A stretch of 25,276 bases of DNA. It comes from Tannerella sp. (GTDB lineage: Bacteria; Bacteroidota; Bacteroidia; Bacteroidales; Tannerellaceae). The notes under the pieces were generated by a model. It was not told where the DNA came from. It did not search any database and saw only the letters and a list, made by a program, of their open reading frames with translations. This document shows positions 20,285 to 25,276 of this stretch, one piece after another. Each line of letters opens with the position of its first letter. The first letter of the stretch is position 1. The position numbers were made by a program, and so were the translations under genes. The stretch lies in the NCBI GenBank assembly GCA_031285685.1, contig JAITVS010000012.1, positions 1 to 25,276 on the forward strand. Reading direction: 5' to 3'.

Positions 20285-20974
20285 TTAAAATACATTTAAG
20301 TCATCTCGCTCAACAATTAACGAATAGTCTTCTTGACTGGAAAGTTCCAAATCGAATTTTTCTCTTTCCGGTAAAATAAAGGCTTCAAACTGTTCATTTC
20401 TTTCATCACATTTTCTTTTAACTTCCTCACGAGATAAGTTTTGTTCTCCATCACGAGCCCTACTTATTCTCCTACTTACCTCTACGTCTCTATTGCACAT
20501 TAAGAAAATTCCAAATGTTTGGGGGAGTTTTTCAAGAAATGCACTTCCGACACCTTCAATGATAGTTATCGCAACTTGTGCGTTGACCTCTACAAATTCA
20601 TTTCTTTTCTTTGGCTTAAAATAACAGTTTTTTCCCTGAGTTAAAGAATAAACTATAACTTCCGGAGCAGAGAGATAATACGATTCTTTAAATGAGGTTG
20701 TATATTCGCTTTCACGAGTTTTCCCATTTATGTCAGTCCAAACTTTTTTCCCACTTTTTCGCATTTTTGTATCAAGGACAAATTCGTCCATATCAATACA
20801 ATTAACATTCAAGCCGAGAGCCTTAACTTCTGTCACAAGTTCTTCACTTAATGTTGTTTTCCCAGCACCACCATTGCCAGACAAAAAGATAAATCTATAG
20901 TCTTTATCCAAGCAAAAATCAATTACCTTCTTGACAATTTGTTTACTTACATACGATTTTTTTACTTCTTTCAT
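20285..20974 (-). CDS. P-loop kinase, uridine-kinase/phosphoribulokinase-like, operon gene 4
   Basis: 229 aa. Walker A is LSGNGGAGKTT and the Walker-B-like segment is ITIIEGVG. The lid-like VSRRISRARDGEQ and later FEAFILPEREKFDLEL parallel the Udk/PRK layout. Confidence 0.7.
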   Translation of the reverse strand: MKEVKKSYVSKQIVKKVIDFCLDKDYRFIFLSGNGGAGKTTLSEELVTEVKALGLNVNCIDMDEFVLDTKMRKSGKKVWTDINGKTRESEYTTSFKESYYLSAPEVIVYSLTQGKNCYFKPKKRNEFVEVNAQVAITIIEGVGSAFLEKLPQTFGIFLMCNRDVEVSRRISRARDGEQNLSREEVKRKCDERNEQFEAFILPEREKFDLELSSQEDYSLIVERDDLNVF

Positions 20975-21004
20975 TTGACGAAATTATTTAAATTGTTATA
21001 ATTA

Positions 21005-21586
21005 CTATTTATTGAGAATATATTTGTCAAACCATTCCACATGTTTGAATATATGCAAATCATTATTTGATAAATATGCGACTATATTGGGACTATCACT
21101 ATTATCAATGAAATATACAGTTTCAGACATTTTAGTAATCTGTCCGATATTATCCATTGTCATAAAATATCTTGTTCGCACCTTTTCTTCAGAAATGGTG
21201 TCAGCATTTTCTGTATCGTATCGCTTTTTTGTTCGTTCTATGTTAATATCAACCGAACTTGTTCCAATAAAAAACGATACAATGTTATACTCATATTGTT
21301 CTTTTATCAATGCTATTCTATCAATTTTGTGTTGAGCTGTTGGACATAATTCATAAATAAAATCATTTCCTTTTTTACAAACTCTATACATTTTATATTC
21401 AACCAATTTATCAGCTCTTCGATACCCCTCTGAGAGTTTATTGCCTTTAGTATCAAAAAAAAATCTTTTATAAACGTCTGAACCAATGTATTCTATCTCT
21501 TGATAAGGTTCATAAGAAAAAATACGGCTTCCTACAACTGTCTTTCCTGAACCAATACTCCCAACAAGAAGATAAATTGTTTTCAT
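21005..21586 (-). CDS. small P-loop kinase (zeta-toxin / AAA_33-like), operon gene 3
   Basis: 193 aa. Walker A VGSIGSGKT sits at residues 8-16, and an Asp follows in IGSDVY. The size and layout are those of a compact nucleoside/small-molecule kinase. An ATGA overlap couples it to the preceding 60-aa ORF. Confidence 0.65.
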   Translation of the reverse strand: MKTIYLLVGSIGSGKTVVGSRIFSYEPYQEIEYIGSDVYKRFFFDTKGNKLSEGYRRADKLVEYKMYRVCKKGNDFIYELCPTAQHKIDRIALIKEQYEYNIVSFFIGTSSVDINIERTKKRYDTENADTISEEKVRTRYFMTMDNIGQITKMSETVYFIDNSDSPNIVAYLSNNDLHIFKHVEWFDKYILNK

Positions 21587-21765
21587 AAGACTACCTCCTT
21601 CTTGATTTGTTCAATTTGATTAAAATCGTCATCATCCCAGTATGTCTTTTTATTCCATTCAGAAAGTGCTGAGTCAAAACGTAACGACTCTTTATTTAAT
21701 TGCTTAATGATGTCAATAAATGAATCTGTATAAGTTGTATTTTCTATGATATGTATTTCTTTCAT
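21583..21765 (-). CDS. 60-aa acidic hypothetical protein, operon gene 2
   Basis: The ORF is bracketed by ATGA overlaps with both neighbours, which argues it is translated. It contains an acidic patch YWDDDDFNQIEQ and no recognisable domain. Confidence 0.5.
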   Translation of the reverse strand: MKEIHIIENTTYTDSFIDIIKQLNKESLRFDSALSEWNKKTYWDDDDFNQIEQIKKEVVL

Positions 21766-23300
21766 TTCCTTTTTAATTCTCGTTTTTCTTTTTTTAAATA
21801 ATCTTTAGCTAACTTAACAGATTTTTCAAATTCCATATCGGGTTGTCTATCTATCTTTTTAATACTCGATACCACATCCGAAATAGAACTTTCACAATCC
21901 TTGATTTTTACCAATTTTCTCTCCTTACTCAAATTAGTATTATCTTTTACAAGAAATTTATGTTGTAAAGGGTAAGCAGTAATTAATAAGGCAGAATTTC
22001 GGAAACACAAGTCTGTCCGTGTAGTACACTTTTTTATAGTTTCATTCAATTTATCTATCACGCTGTTTATAGTTTCTGCATCTACTTCTTCAAGTTGTAT
22101 TTCATTCATCAAACTATCATACCGTATCCCCTCTTTACTATTTAAGCCAATTTCTGTGCCAACATACGTATTTGCATAGGCAATCGCTTCATTTACTATT
22201 CTATGCTTTTCTTCGATATTACTATTTATTCGTATTTTTTTAATATTATTCCTCGCAAAAGCATAATAATACTCCTTTACAATTTTACTTCTTGCTTCTT
22301 CAGACAAAGAAGCATATATCTTAATACTTTGACGAAGACGATAAACTTGTTCTGTTTGTGAAAATCCAAGAGTAGATTCTTCTACATTATTTATATATTT
22401 CCAAATATCTAAGTCAGATAAAGTATCAATACTTGCTGTTGTAGCCTCAAACATATTGGTAATATTATTTTTAATGCAATTCATTTTGTCATTATCATTA
22501 CTGTGAGGACACGATTGTGTTCTGCATTTTTTCTCATTGCGCTCAATACAAACACCTTTCATATGGATAATTGTACCGCGAGAAAGAATTAATTTAATCT
22601 TATTTTCATTCAATATGGCATCATTCATTTGAGCAATATCCCTATCTAAAAAAATACCAGCTAAATGCCTGTAGCCTTTGAGTGTCATTTTTAAAAATTC
22701 TTGACTTTCATTTTGTTTGCTGTTCTCGAATAATCTGATAGATTCTATTTCTGCCTCACGAGTTCCTTTTCTTATGGTTTCGACAGCCTCGTTCCAGTCT
22801 TCTTTGTCTGCTTGGTATAAAGACCATCCTAAATCATCAAGATTAAGCATTACGCTAACGTATTGTTTTGACCTATGCTTTCCACCAATGACGATATTAT
22901 TCAATTCCCTATCACATTTTTTTATTGCTTCCTGTACTTTTTTGCCAATTCTAACCCTATTCGCATTTTGCTTGGTATGAAATAACATTTCACTTATTTG
23001 TAGTCCTAACATGATTGCATTTTCATAACGTCTGTTTTTTATTTCCTTATTTAATATTGCAATAAGACTCATTCTATGTTCATAGACAATCAATATTATA
23101 CCAAATATCAAAAGAGGAACTATTAGGATAATAATGGTTATAGCAGTTTGAAAAAATTTATCACTCATAACGTAACCTATGGCAAGACCAATGATAACTG
23201 ACACTATTGATTCTATAAAGAATTGTCCCCAAGATAATATTTTAGGATTAGAAAGTAGTTCTTCAAAATTATTTTTAATTTTTCGCTTCAACATATTCAT
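21762..23300 (-). CDS. membrane-anchored all-helical protein of unknown function, operon gene 1
   Basis: 512 aa. Two N-terminal TM helices span about aa 24-45 and 52-73. A long Lys/Glu-rich helical region follows. A single Cys/His cluster reads C251-x7-C259-x4-C264-x-H266-x8-C275. No domain was recognised. Confidence 0.7.
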   Translation of the reverse strand: MNMLKRKIKNNFEELLSNPKILSWGQFFIESIVSVIIGLAIGYVMSDKFFQTAITIIILIVPLLIFGIILIVYEHRMSLIAILNKEIKNRRYENAIMLGLQISEMLFHTKQNANRVRIGKKVQEAIKKCDRELNNIVIGGKHRSKQYVSVMLNLDDLGWSLYQADKEDWNEAVETIRKGTREAEIESIRLFENSKQNESQEFLKMTLKGYRHLAGIFLDRDIAQMNDAILNENKIKLILSRGTIIHMKGVCIERNEKKCRTQSCPHSNDNDKMNCIKNNITNMFEATTASIDTLSDLDIWKYINNVEESTLGFSQTEQVYRLRQSIKIYASLSEEARSKIVKEYYYAFARNNIKKIRINSNIEEKHRIVNEAIAYANTYVGTEIGLNSKEGIRYDSLMNEIQLEEVDAETINSVIDKLNETIKKCTTRTDLCFRNSALLITAYPLQHKFLVKDNTNLSKERKLVKIKDCESSISDVVSSIKKIDRQPDMEFEKSVKLAKDYLKKEKRELKRK

Positions 23301-23351
23301 ATTTTTACTTGTTTAATTTATGTTAACTTGCATACTTATTTTCTCCAAAAT

Positions 23352-24311
23352 CTAAACCCGTTCAACAATCTGAATAAATACTTTCGCTACCTCAGTTTCA
23401 TCAGGAATAGAAACAAACACCAACTGCGATAATTCCAACAAGTAAACATCTTTCAAAAAGTTCCACAATGCAGGAAAATCGGTAACAAGAGGCGATTGTA
23501 TAATTTCCTTTTCGCCCCAATTTTCAGGCGTATCAAAGGCTTGTCTATCATGTTCTAAAAGTTCGGCAAAATCCTGTTTAAAATCAGGCGTTTGAATATA
23601 CGCCGCACATTCTTCATCTTTTGCCAAGTAATACAAGTCGTAAAAATGCCTGATTTTAGCGGCAAGAGCGCGGCGCGGATTTTCGGTAAACGAAAAACGA
23701 AACAACGACACCAATTTTTCAATCATCGTTTGCCGTTTATCTAACACATTCAGCACAAACGGCTGTAATCCGTATTCTTCAATGGCAGCAGCCTGATTGT
23801 TTACTGTGAGATATTCCGTAATAAACGAGGTGATTTCCAGTTTTACATACGGATATGGATTCGCAAATGAATTAATTTCAACAATCATCCTGTTTGGAAT
23901 AATACTGTCCACTTTTCCCAACAAAGTAGGATATTCAAAAATGGATTTGCGAAACATTGAGCCTTTACTCGTTACACCATTTTCTACAATTTCAGTTAGT
24001 TCTGTGGTTATTTCCTTTTCTATATTTCGAATTTTTGTTTTCACGGCGTTGCCGCTCAAATTTTCGTTAATAATAGCAATATCAATATCTTCCGAGAACC
24101 GATTGATAAGGCGATAACCTTTTGAAAGCGAAGTACCTCCTTTGAACACAGCATTTTCCACCTCATTACAGCAAGACAAGCGGTTAAGAGCCAACGTAAT
24201 CCAATAATCTTTTTCCACAAAAGCCGGAATAATATTGAGATGCTTTGCCGTGAATGTGATAAGCGCAGAAAAATCCGCGGTATTCGTATGTAAATTCATC
24301 GTATGTACCAT
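23352..24311 (-). CDS. abiEii: AbiEii/AbiGii-family nucleotidyltransferase toxin
   Basis: 319 aa. FKGGTSLSKGYRLINRFSEDIDIAI matches the KGGTxL...RxSxDID nucleotidyltransferase core. The internal Met at 24299 gives a classic ATGA overlap with the AbiEi stop and may be the true start. Confidence 0.82.
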   Translation of the reverse strand: MVHTMNLHTNTADFSALITFTAKHLNIIPAFVEKDYWITLALNRLSCCNEVENAVFKGGTSLSKGYRLINRFSEDIDIAIINENLSGNAVKTKIRNIEKEITTELTEIVENGVTSKGSMFRKSIFEYPTLLGKVDSIIPNRMIVEINSFANPYPYVKLEITSFITEYLTVNNQAAAIEEYGLQPFVLNVLDKRQTMIEKLVSLFRFSFTENPRRALAAKIRHFYDLYYLAKDEECAAYIQTPDFKQDFAELLEHDRQAFDTPENWGEKEIIQSPLVTDFPALWNFLKDVYLLELSQLVFVSIPDETEVAKVFIQIVERV

Positions 24312-25015
24312 TTTTTTGGATTAGACAAAATTTCACTTGAAATATCTAATTTGTAAGACGATTGGTGATTCAACGCCTTGTAAAGAACTGTCGTATCTTC
24401 ATTTTCGTTGTTCGTTTCCAGAATTGCTCCCAAAAGAGCAATAGTCGAAGGCGAATATTTTATTGCCAATCGTTTAGCCGTATTAATTTGCTCCTGCGTT
24501 AGTTGCTTAAATAACACCAATAGACGACGGCAAATCTCATCAGGCATCGCATCGGGAATACTTTTGAAAAAACGCAAACAATCCAACAACTGCAATACAG
24601 GGACATTTGTCTTTGTAATCGTATTTTGTTGAATAATAAAACTAATCCGATAATTGCCGCGAGTAATCGGTTTCTTTTCCTTACTGACAGCAATTTGCAG
24701 CATTGCAGGCACTTGCGTTGTCAATCCCAATTTATTAAAAATAGAATAACCTGTTAGATAACCAATAATTTTACCGTTTTTTTCAAGTAAATCTTTAACA
24801 GTTTGGAAAGTATCGGGCGGAAGTTCACCGAATTTGCTCACTTGCGGTTTGTAAAAACGACCTTTACACAAACGCCTGATTTGCCCTGCCGCTACCACAT
24901 TATTCAAAATCTTGGTAACAGTATTCTGCTTATCCAACGGCACAGGAAAATCCGCTGCCGTAAAAACAAATCCGTCAGAGAATTTAGCAATCGTTTTTTT
25001 TATTGTATCAGTCAT
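24296..25015 (-). CDS. abiEi: AbiEi-like / DUF6088-family antitoxin-transcriptional regulator
   Basis: 239 aa with an N-terminal winged-helix-like segment (VFTAADFPVPLDKQNTVTKILNNVVAAGQIRRLCKGRFYKP). It sits immediately upstream of and overlapping the AbiEii gene. Confidence 0.75.
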   Translation of the reverse strand: MTDTIKKTIAKFSDGFVFTAADFPVPLDKQNTVTKILNNVVAAGQIRRLCKGRFYKPQVSKFGELPPDTFQTVKDLLEKNGKIIGYLTGYSIFNKLGLTTQVPAMLQIAVSKEKKPITRGNYRISFIIQQNTITKTNVPVLQLLDCLRFFKSIPDAMPDEICRRLLVLFKQLTQEQINTAKRLAIKYSPSTIALLGAILETNNENEDTTVLYKALNHQSSYKLDISSEILSNPKKWYIR

Positions 25016-25038
25016 TTGTTCATCTAAACTTTCGGCTG

Positions 25039-25046
25039 CAAAGATA
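25039..25046 (-). promoter_or_regulatory. -7 promoter box TATCTTTG for abiEi (and possibly the whole ten-gene array)
   Basis: The reverse complement of caaagata is an exact TAnnTTTG match, 24 nt upstream of ATG 25015. Confidence 0.55.
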
Positions 25047-25242
25047 CACCTTTTTCAGGTTTTATCCCGAAAAAACAAGAAAAAAATGTGTTTGATACCA
25101 GCAAAACATATTTCTCGCAAAAAAAAAATTAGGGATCAGGATAAACCCATCTATCCCACCCCATCGAAGCAATAGAGCGACACTACCGGCGTAATACGAG
25201 GACACCTGTCTGCATTTGCTTTATTCCCCGAAACTTCGTATC

Positions 25243-25250
25243 TACTTTTG
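25243..25250 (+). promoter_or_regulatory. -7 promoter box TACTTTTG facing out of the window
   Basis: Exact TAnnTTTG match on the + strand near the right edge. Any gene it serves starts beyond 25276. Confidence 0.3.
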
Positions 25251-25276
25251 TGATGTGCTGCTATTGGCGCAACCAT

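Larger units (their letters stand above)
15700..25240. other. AT-rich accessory genomic island (boundaries approximate; no integrase or att repeats identified)
   Basis: Composition drops inside the island. Spot counts of single 60-nt lines give 20/60 GC at 17281-17340 and 19/60 at 21421-21480. The core gives 23/60 at 9301-9360 and 31/60 at 5941-6000. The island also carries a mobile-element gene remnant at the left edge and the AbiE pair at the right edge. Confidence 0.5.

Noticed and set aside
16538-23300. Reading the operon as a conventional NIS siderophore cluster
   Set aside because: Only one short IucA/IucC-like gene is present. The island has no precursor enzymes (decarboxylase, N-monooxygenase, acyltransferase), no exporter and no dedicated TonB-dependent receptor or reductase. 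The SusC at 3079 belongs to a separate PUL.
17827-24117. + strand track ORFs inside the island (17827-18057, 18583-19121, 21012-21335, 22717-22980, 23797-24117, 24408-24632, 24803-25175)
   Set aside because: All are antisense to the tightly packed minus-strand genes. They are Ser/Phe/Ile/Leu-rich, as expected from reading AT-rich coding DNA backwards.
15701-25075. Possible att-like direct repeat: ttcatcccaaaattc (15701-15715) versus tttatcccgaaaaaa (25061-25075), plus the shared 8-mer aaacttcg (15746-15753 and 25230-25237)
   Set aside because: Only about 11/15 identity in A/T-rich sequence, and an 8-mer match that is expected by chance. This is not enough to call junction repeats.
25253-25276. 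ATG at 25253 on the + strand, or the CAT at the very end of the window, as a gene start
   Set aside because: The + ATG is only 3 nt after the -7 box, which is too close to a likely transcription start. The minus-strand reading from 25276 stops after about 41 codons with no motif. The window edge prevents any call.

Overview
Bacteroidales-type chromosomal segment, judged from a SusC/SusD pair, lipoprotein signal peptides and TAnnTTTG -7 promoter boxes. Positions 1-13 kb (+ strand) carry an outer-membrane-like ORF, a TPR/transmembrane/LuxR-HTH one-component regulator, and a four-gene polysaccharide utilization locus (SusC, SusD, GH2 LacZ-type beta-galactosidase, GH63-like six-hairpin glycosidase). 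A split LysO/DUF340 exporter pair follows at 13.0-13.9 kb. Positions 14.0-15.5 kb (- strand) form a small redox module. It holds a canonical 53-aa rubredoxin that is below the ORF-track cutoff, plus MarR, a thioredoxin lipoprotein and a small Cys-containing membrane protein. From about 15.7 kb to about 25.1 kb the sequence becomes clearly AT-rich and looks like an accessory island. It starts with a decayed DUF3987 (primase/helicase-associated) gene fragment, followed by ten co-directional minus-strand genes. These are an AbiEi/AbiEii abortive-infection pair and, 51 nt downstream, a tightly coupled eight-gene operon (23300 to 16538). The operon encodes a 2-TM helical protein, a 60-aa acidic protein, two different P-loop kinases, a YjjG-like HAD phosphatase, a xylose-isomerase-fold TIM barrel, a short IucA/IucC (NIS-synthetase)-like ligase and a beta-lactamase-fold serine hydrolase. 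I do not recognise this combination as any described defence system or biosynthetic cluster, so it is the main candidate for a novel system. No tRNA, rRNA, CRISPR array, integrase or transposase was seen. All functional calls rest on motifs read by eye; no database search was run.
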